Assembly: GCA_013694595.1 (NCBI GenBank) | Contig: JACDCC010000225.1 | Span: 18,880 to 82,879, forward strand | Direction: 5' to 3' | From: Chthoniobacterales bacterium | Lineage (GTDB): Bacteria > Verrucomicrobiota > Verrucomicrobiia > Chthoniobacterales > UBA10450 | Length of the DNA stretch: 64,000 nt | Part shown: positions 10,828-21,083 of the stretch, piece after piece | Layout: every line of letters begins with the position of its first letter | Position numbering within the stretch: position 1 is the stretch's first letter | Notes under the pieces: model-generated | What the model saw: the letters and a program-made list of their open reading frames with translations, nothing else | Told to the model about the DNA's origin: nothing | Databases searched by the model: none | Position numbers and translations under genes: made by a program

Positions 10828-12015
10828 ATGATCGTCGGCAGCATCATCGATGAGCGGCGCGCGCTGGAGAGCGCGTTTAGGGACGACGAGCGGGCACGAT
10901 ATTCACGGCACCTCATCATGCCGGAGGTGACGTTCGCTGGGCAGCAACGGTTAAAGGCTGCGCGGGTGCTTTGCATCGGCGCGGGCGGGCTCGGGTCGCC
11001 GGCGGCACTTTACCTCGCGGCAGCAGGCGTGGGAACGCTTGGCCTCGTCGATGCCGATGTGGTCGATCTTTCGAATCTGCAGCGTCAGATCCTGCACGGG
11101 ACCGCTGACGTCGGACGGCCAAAACTCGAATCCGCGCGTGATCGAATCCTGGACGCGAATCCGCACGTCGACGTCCACTTGTATCAGACGCGCTTCACCG
11201 CTGCGAATGCGATGGAGATTGTCCGGAGCTACGATCTGGTAATCGACGGCTCGGATAATTTCCCGACGCGCTACCTCTCCAGTGATGTGTGTGTCTTCAC
11301 ACGCAAGCCGAACATCTACGGTTCGGTTTTCCGCTTTGACGGCCAAGTGAGCGTCTTCGGGCCGCATCTCGGCGGCCCCTGTTATCGCTGCCTCTTCCCC
11401 CAGCCGCCACCTGCGGGCACCGTGCCGAATTGCGCGGAAGCAGGCGTCCTGGGAATCCTGCCGGGTATAGTCGGGATGATGCAGGCTACGGAAGCGATCA
11501 AGCTCATCATTGGCATCGGTGATTCCTTGATCGGGCGGCTCCTTCATTTCGACGCGCTGAAGATGAAATTTCGCGAGTTCAATCTGCGCCGCGATGCGGA
11601 ATGCCCGGCTTGCGGCGAGCAGCCGAGCATCACTGAGCTGCAGGACTACGAGACGTTCTGCGCACCATCAGCGCAGGAGCAAACCGGCGAGGCGCCGATC
11701 CGCTCGATTACCGTCGCGGAGTTGAAACAGAAGCGCGACGCCGCCTCGGCGTTCACGCTGCTGGACGTCCGGGAGCCACACGAGTATGACCTCGCGCGGA
11801 TCGAAGGAGCGAAACTGATCCCGCTCAACGACGTCTCGGCACGGCTGGACGAGATCGAACGCACGGGCGAGCTCGTCGTTTATTGCCATGCCGGAGTCCG
11901 CAGCGCCTTTGCAGTCGGCTTACTGCAGCGTGCGGGGTTCGAGAATGTTTACAATCTCGCCGGCGGCATCGACGCCTGGTCGCGCGAGATTGATTCCAGC
12001 GTCCCGCGCTACTGA
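10828..12015 (+). CDS. moeB: MoeB/ThiF-type adenylyltransferase fused to a rhodanese domain (MoeZ-like)
   Basis: VLCIGAGGLGSPAALYLAAAGVGTLGLVDADVVDLSNLQRQ; Cys pairs CYRC...CPAC; C-terminal rhodanese active-site loop VVYCHAGVRS. Start is ATG 10828 or GTG 10822. Confidence 0.85.
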   Translation: MIVGSIIDERRALESAFRDDERARYSRHLIMPEVTFAGQQRLKAARVLCIGAGGLGSPAALYLAAAGVGTLGLVDADVVDLSNLQRQILHGTADVGRPKLESARDRILDANPHVDVHLYQTRFTAANAMEIVRSYDLVIDGSDNFPTRYLSSDVCVFTRKPNIYGSVFRFDGQVSVFGPHLGGPCYRCLFPQPPPAGTVPNCAEAGVLGILPGIVGMMQATEAIKLIIGIGDSLIGRLLHFDALKMKFREFNLRRDAECPACGEQPSITELQDYETFCAPSAQEQTGEAPIRSITVAELKQKRDAASAFTLLDVREPHEYDLARIEGAKLIPLNDVSARLDEIERTGELVVYCHAGVRSAFAVGLLQRAGFENVYNLAGGIDAWSREIDSSVPRY

Positions 12016-12030
12016 CGCGAGGTTGCTGCG

Positions 12031-12600
12031 CTACTCCGCCGCCGCGATGGCGCGTGCGAGCGCTCCGGGAGGCGGCACACCCGTCCATCGTTCGATCAGC
12101 TTCCCTTCGCGATCGAAGACGAATACTGCGACTTCACTCGACTCCGGCGTGAGCCCTAAATGGGTTATCGCCGAGCCGTCGAAATCGGCCACCACAAACA
12201 CGTCCCGCCGCGGATCGCGCGTCAGCTGCTTCGCCGTGTACGTCGACTGGAGTTCCTTCGCTTCCGCATCGAGCCGCCGTCGGATGATCCCGTTGGTGAT
12301 CCCGCGAAAGATCGGGCTCAGCCTCCGCTGGAAGTTCACTACCGTGATGTAGCGATACCTCGGATCGCCAACGACGCGTCGCGGCACGCCCGCCGCAATC
12401 GCACGCGCCTGCTCCTCGTTTTCGCGTGTCACGACCGTGATGATTGTGACATGCCCATCCGCTGTCGCGAGGTTGTTCCCATCGACGTCACGCAGCGTAA
12501 ACGGATATTGGCTGCCGCGCTGCAACTCCGCGCCCTCGGCGGCGCAGTGCGTCGCAAACAAAAGCGCGGCGGAAAACATTTGAAGCAGGCGCGGCATCAT
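12031..12600 (-). CDS. Secreted hypothetical protein
   Basis: Start at ATGATG 12600 gives the signal peptide MMPRLLQMFSAALLFATHCAAEG. The track ORF extends to 12870 without coding-like sequence. No family confidently recognised. Confidence 0.45.
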   Translation of the reverse strand: MMPRLLQMFSAALLFATHCAAEGAELQRGSQYPFTLRDVDGNNLATADGHVTIITVVTRENEEQARAIAAGVPRRVVGDPRYRYITVVNFQRRLSPIFRGITNGIIRRRLDAEAKELQSTYTAKQLTRDPRRDVFVVADFDGSAITHLGLTPESSEVAVFVFDREGKLIERWTGVPPPGALARAIAAAE

Positions 12601-12666
12601 GTGTAAGGGACGGTTGCAACGATGACTCGATGTGACAAGCCCACCGCAGAGGGAACGCGGCGACGG

Positions 12667-13371
12667 ATGAGCTGCGGTCCGCGGCTGGCAGTTCTGGCTG
12701 CGTGCGCAATTGCGGCGATCGCCTCGCCGGCCTGCGATCGCATGGTCATGCCGCGCTCGACGCAGCTGGTGAAAGACGCTGACATTCGTGCCGCGGACGG
12801 AGATTACCTGCACGCGATCAACTTGTATGAAAGCGCCCTCGATGGGACCGGCGCGTCGGCCGATATCCATTACAAGCTCGCGCTTCTCTACGACGACAAG
12901 ATGAAGGACCCGCTAAACGCACTGCATCATTTCAAACGCTACCTGACGCTGGCGCCCTCCGGTTCGCGCGCGACCGAAGCGAAGAACTACATGAAGCGGG
13001 GCGAGCTCGCGCTCGTGACAAACCTTTCGGGCGATGCAGTTGTCACTCGCGCCGAAGCCGTGCGGCTGAAAAACGAAAACCTCACCTTGCGCAAAGAGAT
13101 GGACGAAAAGGTCGCGCAGGCTCGCGCGGCCGCCGTCGGCAACGAGAAAATTACCACGCGAGGCGGCCGGCCTGAAAAGGGGGCTTCGCCGACGAAGACG
13201 ACGAAAGGGCCGCCGCGCTCACACGTCGTTCAGCCTGGTGACACACTTTTTTCGCTCTCGCGGCTCTACTACAACTCGCCCGACCGCTGGAAAGACATCC
13301 TCGACGCAAACAGCAAAAGCATCGATGATCCCGGTAAGCTGAAGCTCGGGCAGACGCTCACCATCCCATAG
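12667..13371 (+). CDS. LysM-domain lipoprotein with TPR-like N-terminal region
   Basis: Lipoprotein-like leader MSCGPRLAVLAACAIAAIASPAC. C-terminal LysM HVVQPGDTLFSLSRLYYNSPDRWKDILDANSKSIDDPGKLKLGQTLTIP. Start uncertain (12622 or 12667). Confidence 0.7.
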   Translation: MSCGPRLAVLAACAIAAIASPACDRMVMPRSTQLVKDADIRAADGDYLHAINLYESALDGTGASADIHYKLALLYDDKMKDPLNALHHFKRYLTLAPSGSRATEAKNYMKRGELALVTNLSGDAVVTRAEAVRLKNENLTLRKEMDEKVAQARAAAVGNEKITTRGGRPEKGASPTKTTKGPPRSHVVQPGDTLFSLSRLYYNSPDRWKDILDANSKSIDDPGKLKLGQTLTIP

Positions 13372-13420
13372 TTTGCCCGGGCCTACTCGGCACCGCGTAC
13401 ACTCGCCTCGGAGGAAAACA

Positions 13421-14323
13421 ATGACACCTGTCACCCGTATCGCACCGGACGTGAGCTGGCTGCCAGTTAGCTTCGTGAATGTCTACTTCATTGGCCACGC
13501 TGGCGGGCCGTGGGTGTTGATCGATGCTGGTTTACCGGGACGCGCGGCGCAAATCCTGGCGGCTGCGAAAGCCTGCTTCGGCGCTGGAAACCGCCCGGAG
13601 GCGATCGTGCTGACGCACGGCCACTTTGATCATGCGGGATCCGCGCTGCAGCTGGCGGAAAAGTGGGATGTGCCGATCTACGCTCACCCGCTGGAGCTCC
13701 CCTACCTGACTGGTCGATCGGCTTATCCGCCGCCAGACCCTACGATCGGAGGCGCGATCGCATTCCTGTCACGCTTCATGCCGTCTGGTGCGTACAACTT
13801 CGGTGCTCGCGTCCGTCCGCTCGAGAGCAAAGCAGTTCCGGGACTCCCGGATTGGGAGTGGCTGGCAACTCCTGGCCACTCACCCGGTCATATTTCGTTG
13901 TTTCGCAGCGCCGATCGCGTGCTGCTGGCGGGCGATGCTTTTGCCTCCATGGATATGGATTCGTGGACTGGGCTCGTGACTGGAAAGCGGACGCTGGCTC
14001 GCGCCGGCGCGCCCTTCAATTCCGATTGGGCGGCGACAAAGTCGTCCGTGCAGAAGCTGGCGGAGTTGCAGCCGGAGGTGGTCGCCTGCGGCCACGGGAC
14101 GCCGTTTTCTTCCGGGCCGATCGCGGCGCGGCTCGCGCGGTTTGCGGCGCGGTTCCGGCCGCCGCGGCACGGCCGCTATGTTGCTCGCTCGGCGGAGACA
14201 AACCACGAAGGAGTGACATCGCTGCCGCCGGCCCCCTTTGATCCGGTGCCCTTTGCGACGGCTGCGTCGCTGGTGCTCGGCGGAATCGCACTCGGCGCCG
14301 GCTACTTCGATCGCCGCAAGTAG
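13421..14323 (+). CDS. MBL-fold metallo-hydrolase with C-terminal hydrophobic tail
   Basis: THGHFDHAG metal-binding motif and PGHSPGH. ATG 13421 is preceded by GGAGGA. C-terminal segment ASLVLGGIALGAGYF. Confidence 0.8.
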   Translation: MTPVTRIAPDVSWLPVSFVNVYFIGHAGGPWVLIDAGLPGRAAQILAAAKACFGAGNRPEAIVLTHGHFDHAGSALQLAEKWDVPIYAHPLELPYLTGRSAYPPPDPTIGGAIAFLSRFMPSGAYNFGARVRPLESKAVPGLPDWEWLATPGHSPGHISLFRSADRVLLAGDAFASMDMDSWTGLVTGKRTLARAGAPFNSDWAATKSSVQKLAELQPEVVACGHGTPFSSGPIAARLARFAARFRPPRHGRYVARSAETNHEGVTSLPPAPFDPVPFATAASLVLGGIALGAGYFDRRK

Positions 14324-14346
14324 CGCTGGTTAGCGCAGCCCGAAGA

Positions 14347-17300
14347 TCAAGGCCCCCCGTCGAGCGGCGGCCGGTTCGCGAAGGGGAACGTATTCGCGCC
14401 CGCACCACCGAAGCGGCCGGCATTTTGATTCTGGTTGTTTCCGCCGTCGCGAATGGAGTAATTCGGATTGTTCGTGTAGACGCTGGCTGGGCGTTCGCCA
14501 GTTCCGGTGATTGTTACGACCACGTTGTCAGTAATGTTAATCGTATTCGCCGCGAGAATGGGGTCCGGGCCGTTCAACGTGACGTTCGCGAGAAAGTTGA
14601 TCGTCCCGTTACTCCCCTCGGAGTAAAGCCGCAGAGCCGTGTCGGCAGAGATCGTGCCGCCGCCAATGTTCAACGCGCCGTTCGCGCCGAGCGTCGCGAC
14701 TTTGACCGTGTCCGCCCGAAGGGTGGCGTTGCTGATACTCACACTGGAATTGTCGCCTGTGTGACGGATGTCGATTGCGCCGCGGTCCGCCCGAATGGTG
14801 TCAATCGGCGCCGCACTGCCTGCGTTCCCTGAGATGTTGATGCGGCTGTTGCTGCCAGTGGCGAGGATCGTGGTCTTGCCGCCAGGTCCCGTGGCTGCGC
14901 CGTCGAGCAGCGAGAGCAATTGTGCGGAGCTGGCGATGTTGATCGCGACGGCTGGCGCGCCCGCCGCGCCCGCAGCACTGCCGCGCAAGTTGATGTTCCC
15001 GCCGGCATTGCTGCGCCGCCGCGGTGGCGCCGGCGTTTGCGTGGGCGCTGCATCCGTCGACGAGACGAGGATGCGCGAGCTCACACCGACAGTACCTTGC
15101 GACGACGCGAAAGTAACGGTCCCGCCGTCCCGCTGGGCGCGGCGAACCCACCCTGAAGTCCCGTGGTGGCGTTGACGTTGGCGCTGAGGCTGATCGGACC
15201 GACAGCGTTGACCGTGAAAACGCCGCCGCTTGCAGCAGCCGTGGACGCAGACGCATCGCTGCCGTTGAAATTGATCAGAGCTGTTCCGTCCCCGCCGGAG
15301 AACCCCGAGGCAGAATTGATCGTGAGGCGGCCGCCCGGGCTACCGGGTTGCGGGAACTGGCGCCACTGAAGTTGATACCGCCAGCCGAGCTGAGGCTGCC
15401 CACGTTGAAGATATGCTCAGTGGCAGCTCCATTCAGGTCGCCGAGGAACGGCGTTATCCCGCCGGTGCCTGCGGCGACCGCTGCTGTCAGTGCATCGAGG
15501 TTCCGCACACGGATTCGGTTTGCGGTGACGTTGCCGCGAGCAGTGACTTGCGCTGCGGAGAGTTGTCCGCCGACGGCGATGGTGCTGGCAGATTCCACAA
15601 ACGCCGTGGCAGACAAATCGGCGCTTACGTCGATGCTGCCCGCGAGAAGAGATCGAGTGGAAGTGCTCCCACGCGAGCGGTACGTCGCACCCGCGCTGAG
15701 CGCGTTTCCGCCGAAGACGGAACCGACGAAAATGTTCTGACCCGCTGCGATGTCCAGCAACCCGCCGCGATGCGAGAAAGCGACATCGGGCGCATTGAAG
15801 TTACCCGTGCGAGCCTTGAACCGAACGGTGGCTTCCGGGCTAAAAAAGAGCTCGGATTCCAACTCTGGATTGATTGGCACGTTGATGGTGTCCCCTTCGA
15901 TGCTGACGAAGCCGGCGCGCTCGAGAACGGTCGTGTCACCGTAGGGAAACTGACGAAGCGCGAAGTTCACATTGTCGCCAGCTCGGAGGTTTAATTGACC
16001 GGCCGTAGTCGTCCCGGAGCCGGCGACGAAATCATTTCCGCTGAAGGTGCCGAAGAAGCCTGTCTCCACCCGGCCATTGACCTGGATGTCGTGTTCTGCC
16101 TGCAAGATGGCAGCGTCGATCCTGAACACCGACGCGCCAAAAATGACGTCGGAACTTGCCCCGCGCGCATACAGGTAAAGCTGTTCGAAATCTTGAAAAG
16201 CGATGCCTGTCAGAGTGATCGAGCCCGCTTGCGTCGCAAGAAGGACGGTGTCCAAACCGGTGAAAGTGAACGGTTCACTCGCCGCGGATGGCCGTGATGC
16301 CATCCACTCCGATCAACGCCAGCTTTGTGGTTCCACCATCGGCCGTGGAGATCCCCGGGTTTCCAGCTAATTGCAGGCTTTGGAATTTGAAAGCGGCGAT
16401 CGGCAAATTGTTTGCTTCGCCAAAGTGTTGATCGATCCCGCTCGTGCTGTCGAAAACCGAAGTCAAAGTGAAGGCCCAGGAGGAAAAGGCGCCGTCGTCG
16501 GTCGGTCCGCGGTAGATCTTCCCGTAGTCAGTCTGTAAGTTTTTCGTGATCTCGGGATCGGTTTTGATGAACGTGCTCGAATCGATGACGTATGGCTGTT
16601 GTGAGGTGATGACCGGCGGAGTGCCGAACTTCGAGGGCGTCGGAGCAAGAGTCGGGGTAGCCGTCGGCTGCGGAGTCGGCGTAGGCGTCGCGGTGGGCTC
16701 CGGAGTCGGCTCCGGAGTGGGCGTTGGAGTTGCCGTCGGCTCGGGCGTCGGTGTCGGTGTCGCGGTCGGCTCGGGAGTTGGCGTCGGCGTTACGGTAGGT
16801 TCCGGCGTTGGCGTCGGAGTGGCGGTCGGCTGAGGTGTTGGCGTCGGTGTGGCCGTCGGCTGAGGTGTCGGGGTGACTGTCGGTTGTGGAGTTGCGGAGG
16901 GCGTCGCTGTGGGCCGCGCGGTCGGTGTTGGCGAAGAGTGTGGAAAGCCGGCGTTCGCCTGGTCCTGCACATCGAGCGAAGTTGGATCAACCAGCGTCAC
17001 GAGCGTTCCTCGCCCGAAGATCACCAGGTTCGTGTCGATCAACGTGCCGTCGGCTTTTTTGAGCCGCTGGTCCTGGACGTTGCTCGCCCATGAGGGTTTC
17101 GCTGCCCAAAGGAGGAAAGCCTCGGATCAGGAGCGAGGTCGCGAGGATCCTCTCCAAGTCGACATCGACCGGATCCGGGAGCGCTCGCGGCGCCGGCGAT
17201 ACGCGCAGCATCAGCATCTGCCCAGCGCTCACGAGCACCGACGCGCCGAGCACGCCCTTCAGGTAAATCCGCGCTGTTCCTTCCAGCACGATGAACTTCA

Positions 17301-17742
17301 CGTAGGCGTTTTGTTGTACTCGAGCAACACCGTCGTGCCGGTGATCGCCGCCGTCACCGCCGCGGTCGTGATCTTCGCGCCTCCCGCGTCCTTCGGCACG
17401 CGCAGCAACATGGCGCCCCCGCCGAGGTCCATACTACGGGTGCCGTCATCGAAACTGAAAATGGTGTTTGCACCGAGGCGGGCAAGCGTCTGGTCGGCAA
17501 ACGTAAGCTCGGTGCGCGATTCGACGCCGGTGCGAACTGCTGTCCCTTCGCGAATTTTGTCATTCAGACTGGCCGGCCGCGGCGCGCCTGGCCAGGCAAC
17601 AGCTTCACGTCTTTCACCACATGCGTGACCCGCGCCTGCTTCAGTTGCGCCGCATCAGCCGGGAAGTGGCAAGCAAAGGAGAGGCCGGCCACCAGGACGC
17701 CGAGCCAGCCGCCGGTGCGGAATCTACAGCAGGTACGTTCAT
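14347..17742 (-). pseudogene. Large secreted FecR-domain / Pro-Thr-repeat / beta-helix-like surface protein, broken by about 6-7 frameshifts (pseudogene or locally mis-assembled)
   Basis: I hand-translated all three minus frames. One continuous protein can be followed only by switching frame near 17735(?), 17570-17590, 17300-17315, 17095-17115, 16278-16310, 15320-15360 and 15118-15135.
Segments in order:
- signal peptide RFRTGGWLGVLVAGLSFACHFPADA
- FecR-like AQLKQARVTHVVKDVKLLPGQA | PRPASLNDKIREGTAVRTGVESRTELTFADQTLARLGANTIFSFDDG...TTVLLEYNK | AYVKFIVLEGTARIYLKGVLGASVLVSAGQMLMLRV...LLIRGFPPL | SWASNVQDQRLKKADGTLIDTNLVIFGRGT
- PT repeats
- ...ALIGVDGITAI | SEPFTFTGLDTV...GGINFSGASS | GRLTINSASGFSGGDGTALINFNGSD...GGFAAPSGTAG | GTVTFASSQGTVGVSSRILV...FANRPPLDGGP*
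Track ORFs 14347..15084, 15275..16303, 16275..17042 and 16987..17301 are pieces of this gene. Confidence 0.65.
16605..16907 (-). repeat. Imperfect ~36-bp (12-codon) tandem repeats encoding a Pro-Thr-rich linker (TPTPTPEPTATP)n
   Basis: The protein reads ...PTATPSATPQPTVTPTPQPTATPTPTPQPTATPTPTPEPTVTPTPTPEPTATPTPTPEPTATPTPTPEPTPEPTATPTPTPQPTATPTLAPTP. The DNA shows reiterated GGCGTCGG(T/A)GT(C/G)GC(G/C)GTCGGCTC-type units. Confidence 0.85.
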
Positions 17743-17747
17743 GGTTG

Positions 17748-18590
17748 CTAGAATTTGTAGTTGAGTGACACCGCGGCGCCGAGATTCGCCACGTCGTAAT
17801 CGAAGACGTTCTGGTCCGACTGGTTCATCGCGTAAGTGGCGCTCGCCGATGCACTGAGCCACTTCGTGAAACGGTAGGTGGCGTTGAGCGCGAGAATCTC
17901 ACTCGCGTCAGTGCGGTCGCTCTCGGTGTACTTACGCAGCGCGAGTCGACCCACCGCAGTGAGATTCCTGTCGGCCCGGCTGCTCCGGGTCCGCGTGGAA
18001 GCTGATATTCGCGTTCGTGCCCACGGACACCTGCTGCGCACGTCCGATCCGGAACGGCAGCTCCGCGCTCAGGAACAGCACATGGTTCGAGAAGAACTCA
18101 TCGAAGCTGTTGGAGGCCATCAGGCGGTTGTAAAAATACTCCGCGCGCAGCACCAGGTCACGCAGCTGCGGCAGCTGGTAAGTAAGTCCTGCCCGCGCGT
18201 TGAAGCTGCCGAAGTCCAGGCCGTCGAAGCGGTCGTAGTAGAACTGCTGCTGCTCGAGCGAGAAGGTGGCGTAGAGCGTCCGCGTCAGACGCGGCGCATA
18301 GGCAATCCCGGCATACGGCGCGAAGAGCAGATCGCTTTCCTCCCCGGTTCGCATGAGCGCCACGTTTGAAGTGTAGAAGATCGGCGCCGCCAGCGAGACG
18401 GTGAAGCGGCGTAAGGGTCGTGGCCGAAGGTCGGTTGATTCTGAAAGAGACGCGCCCGGTCAACTGGTTGCGCCGCTTGAGCGCGCGCATCGGTCACGCT
18501 TGCAGCAGCAGCAGCGAAGACCGCGAGAAGCAGAAGGGCGGCCCGCATTCGTCCCGAGCGTGAAAACGCGGTCCGAGATCGTGCCGACAT
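17748..18590 (-). pseudogene. Outer-membrane beta-barrel protein, broken by two frameshifts
   Basis: Frame A (18590 or 18548 onward) gives the signal peptide MRAALLLLAVFAAAAASVTDARAQ and then decays. Frame B (track ORF 17932..18363, open from ~18455) gives beta-strand-like FTVSLAAPIFYTSNVALMRTGEESDLLFAPYAGIAYAP...GLTYQLPQLRDLVLRAEYFYNRL. Frame C (17748..18041) ends ...ILALNATYRFTKWLSASASATYAMNQSDQNVFDYDVANLGAAVSLNYKF*, a typical OMP C-terminal aromatic residue. Switch points are ~18395-18425 and ~17967-17985. The stop is 5 nt upstream of the ATG of the FecR-domain gene. Confidence 0.6.
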
Positions 18591-18684
18591 TCGAGCCGGC
18601 GATTGTTAGAGGTGCGAGCGCGGGCGTCAAGCAGTAACCCCGCGGACGCGGCGGCGCGGCGTTCGCACCCAGGCGGGTGAGCGC

Positions 18685-19734
18685 CTAAAGCTTCAGCAAT
18701 TCGCGCTGCCACGGTACCAACAACGTGGCGCTGCGGCTTTCGTCTCCGGCGATTGAATCGACCGCCGCCCGCGGCGCGATAAATGAAGGCTCGATCCCGA
18801 GCTCCTCGGCCGCGATATCACGCCGGCGGCGGAGATCCTCGGCGATTCGCTCGGCTTCCTGCGTAGGCCGTGTGCCGATCTTACGGAGACGCTTCGGCCA
18901 CTCCGCTTCGGGCAACTGTAAAGCGCATTCCGCCGCCTCCATGAAGCCGCGCCGCCGACGCGCCGTGAGATGGCGGAACTCCGGCACGCCGCCTTCCACA
19001 AAGCTCTGCGCCGCCTCGATGAGGAGGTGGTTCTGGAGAATGTGAAACGAAGGACGATCCGCGGCCTGCGCCTCGTGATCGCGCCAATGCCATAGCGCCC
19101 GCAAGACCGCCGCGGTGCGCGGCGGCAGCGTGCCGGCACCGCTGATACGCCACGCTTCATCTTCATCGCGGACGCGCTCCACTGCCGTCTGAGCGAGCCC
19201 ACGCTGGCATGACTGCTGGAACCATTCGTAGCGCCCCTTCTCGCGCAGCTCAGCCTCGAGCTTATCGGCGAGCGGCAACAGGTAACGAGTATCGTTGATC
19301 GCGTATTCGGCCATATGCGACGGCAGCGGACGTTGCGCCCAGTTCGCCTTCTGCGAGCCCTTCGTCAGCACCACTCCGAAATAACGTTCCACGAGGGCCG
19401 CGAGGCTGAAGCCGCGGATCCCGAGCAGGCGCGCGGCAATCACGGTATCGAAGACGCGATCAGCGGTGAAGTTCATCGCGCGGCGGAGAAGCCGTAGATC
19501 GAAGTCCGCGCCTTGCAGCACGATTTCCTTGCCCGCGAGTGCCGCCGCCAGCGGCGACAGATCGACTCCGGCCAGTGGATCCACCAGATAATCGCGCCCA
19601 CCGAAACTCATCTGCACGAGGCAGAGCTTCTCGAAGTAACAATGCAGGCTGTCCGCCTCGGTATCGACGGCGACGCGGTCGATCGGAGCGAGGTGCGAAA
19701 GCATCTCCGCCAGTTGTGAATCGGTCGCGATCAC
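18685..19734 (-). CDS. rnd: Ribonuclease D (3'-5' exonuclease plus HRDC domain)
   Basis: DEDD exonuclease motifs (VAVDTEADSLHCYFEKLCLVQMS...VLQGADFDLRLL...YAINDTRYLL). I place the start at GTG 19734, which overlaps the rho stop as GTGA. The track ORF start at 19860 would overlap rho by 130 nt. Confidence 0.85.
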   Translation of the reverse strand: MIATDSQLAEMLSHLAPIDRVAVDTEADSLHCYFEKLCLVQMSFGGRDYLVDPLAGVDLSPLAAALAGKEIVLQGADFDLRLLRRAMNFTADRVFDTVIAARLLGIRGFSLAALVERYFGVVLTKGSQKANWAQRPLPSHMAEYAINDTRYLLPLADKLEAELREKGRYEWFQQSCQRGLAQTAVERVRDEDEAWRISGAGTLPPRTAAVLRALWHWRDHEAQAADRPSFHILQNHLLIEAAQSFVEGGVPEFRHLTARRRRGFMEAAECALQLPEAEWPKRLRKIGTRPTQEAERIAEDLRRRRDIAAEELGIEPSFIAPRAAVDSIAGDESRSATLLVPWQRELLKL

Positions 19735-21083
19735 CTGAGCCCCGCTAATAAAAGTTCGGCGTTCGTGTTCGTCGCCTGAAGATTGCCGATCAACATCTCC
19801 ATCGCTTCGATTGGCGGCAGCGCAGCCATCGTTTTGCGCAGCAGCTTCACCCGCTCCCATTCTTCGGGATGATAAAGCAGATCCTCGCGGCGGGTGCCCG
19901 ACTGCAGCACGTGAATTGCCGGATACAACCGCTTCTCGACCAGGCTGCGGTCGAGATGCAGCTCCATGTTTCCGGTGCCTTTAAATTCCTCGAAAATCAC
20001 CTGGTCCATTTTGCTGCCGGTATCGACGAGGGCGGTCGCAAGAATGGTGAGGCTGCCGCCTTCTTCCACGTTGCGCGCGGCGCCGAAAAACTTCTTTGGC
20101 TTCAACAGCGCCTTCGCTTCCACGCCGCCGGACATGGTGCGACCTTTCCCCGGCTGGAGGGTATTGTAACCGCGCGCGAGTCGCGTCATGCTGTCGAGCA
20201 GCACCACCACGTCCTTCTTCAGCTCGACCAGCCGTTTTGCGCGCTCGAGCACCAGCTCCGCCACCTGCACATGGCGCTGGCAGTTCTCATCGAAGGTGGA
20301 GTGGTAGATGTGACAATCGACCTCTCGCTGGAGATCCGTGACTTCCTCGGGCCGCTCATCGACGAGCAGGATGATGAGGACGATCTCGGGATGATTCACG
20401 CGTATCGCCTTGGCGATTTCCTTCAGAAGGATCGTTTTACCCACGCGCGGTGCGGCGACAATCAGACCACGCTGGCCTTTCCCAAGCGGAGTCAGCAGAT
20501 CGACTGCGCGGGCGCTGATCGACTTCGTCTTGTCGTTCTCGAGCATGATCCGCCCTTCCGGAAACAGCGGCGTCAGATTGTCGAACGCGACCGGCTCCTG
20601 CCATTGCTCGGCGGGAACGCCTTCAATCGTGGTCACCTGATCGAGCATGATCGACTTTTCGCGATCGCGTGGGAGGCGGAGTGTGCCAGCGACGAGATTT
20701 CCCGGCCGCAGCCCAAAGCGCTGCGCGATCGCGCGGGGCACCCCGGCATCTTCCGGAACCGGCAGAAAGTTGAGCGCCGGCGAACGCAGCAGCGCAAACG
20801 AATCGGCGACCTGATCGAAGATTCCCTCGGCTGTCACCGGAATGTTCCGGTGCAACGCGGAGCGGATGAGATCGACAATCTGATGGTGACGGGTTCGTCC
20901 CGGATGCAGGCGCACGTCAAAGCCGTGACAACGTGCATCGAGATCAGACGGCGCAAGTTTTTGCAGCTCGCCCACGTCCAGCGAATGGGGACGCGCGACG
21001 CCGGCGGCAGCCGGCTTGGCTACAGTCTCAGGCTGCGGCTCCGTTGTCACATCCGCGGGTGAAATCTCCTCGCCGGTCATCAC
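19731..21083 (-). CDS. rho: Transcription termination factor Rho
   Basis: Walker [48 protein letters not shown]-terminal RNA-binding region. Start GTG 21083 or ATG 21080, overlapping the coaE stop. Confidence 0.95.
   Translation of the reverse strand: MMTGEEISPADVTTEPQPETVAKPAAAGVARPHSLDVGELQKLAPSDLDARCHGFDVRLHPGRTRHHQIVDLIRSALHRNIPVTAEGIFDQVADSFALLRSPALNFLPVPEDAGVPRAIAQRFGLRPGNLVAGTLRLPRDREKSIMLDQVTTIEGVPAEQWQEPVAFDNLTPLFPEGRIMLENDKTKSISARAVDLLTPLGKGQRGLIVAAPRVGKTILLKEIAKAIRVNHPEIVLIILLVDERPEEVTDLQREVDCHIYHSTFDENCQRHVQVAELVLERAKRLVELKKDVVVLLDSMTRLARGYNTLQPGKGRTMSGGVEAKALLKPKKFFGAARNVEEGGSLTILATALVDTGSKMDQVIFEEFKGTGNMELHLDRSLVEKRLYPAIHVLQSGTRREDLLYHPEEWERVKLLRKTMAALPPIEAMEMLIGNLQATNTNAELLLAGLR

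Noticed and set aside
16605-16907. CRISPR-like regular repeats.
   Set aside because: The periodicity is a 36-bp coding tandem repeat (Pro-Thr linker) with no unique spacers. The palindromic families are dispersed single copies. No cas genes are present.
19869-21062. Long antisense ORFs opposite well-supported genes. Examples: 19869..21062(+) opposite rho, 2979..3995(+) opposite treS, 45804..46892(+) opposite tal, 49588..50652(+) opposite the aminotransferase, 56104..56883(-) opposite the aldo/keto reductase, 35296..36177(-), and 8201..8782(+).
   Set aside because: Their translations are Arg/Ala/Gly/Pro-rich with no motifs. This is typical of stop-poor antisense frames in GC-rich DNA, and the opposite strand carries clear family signatures in each case.
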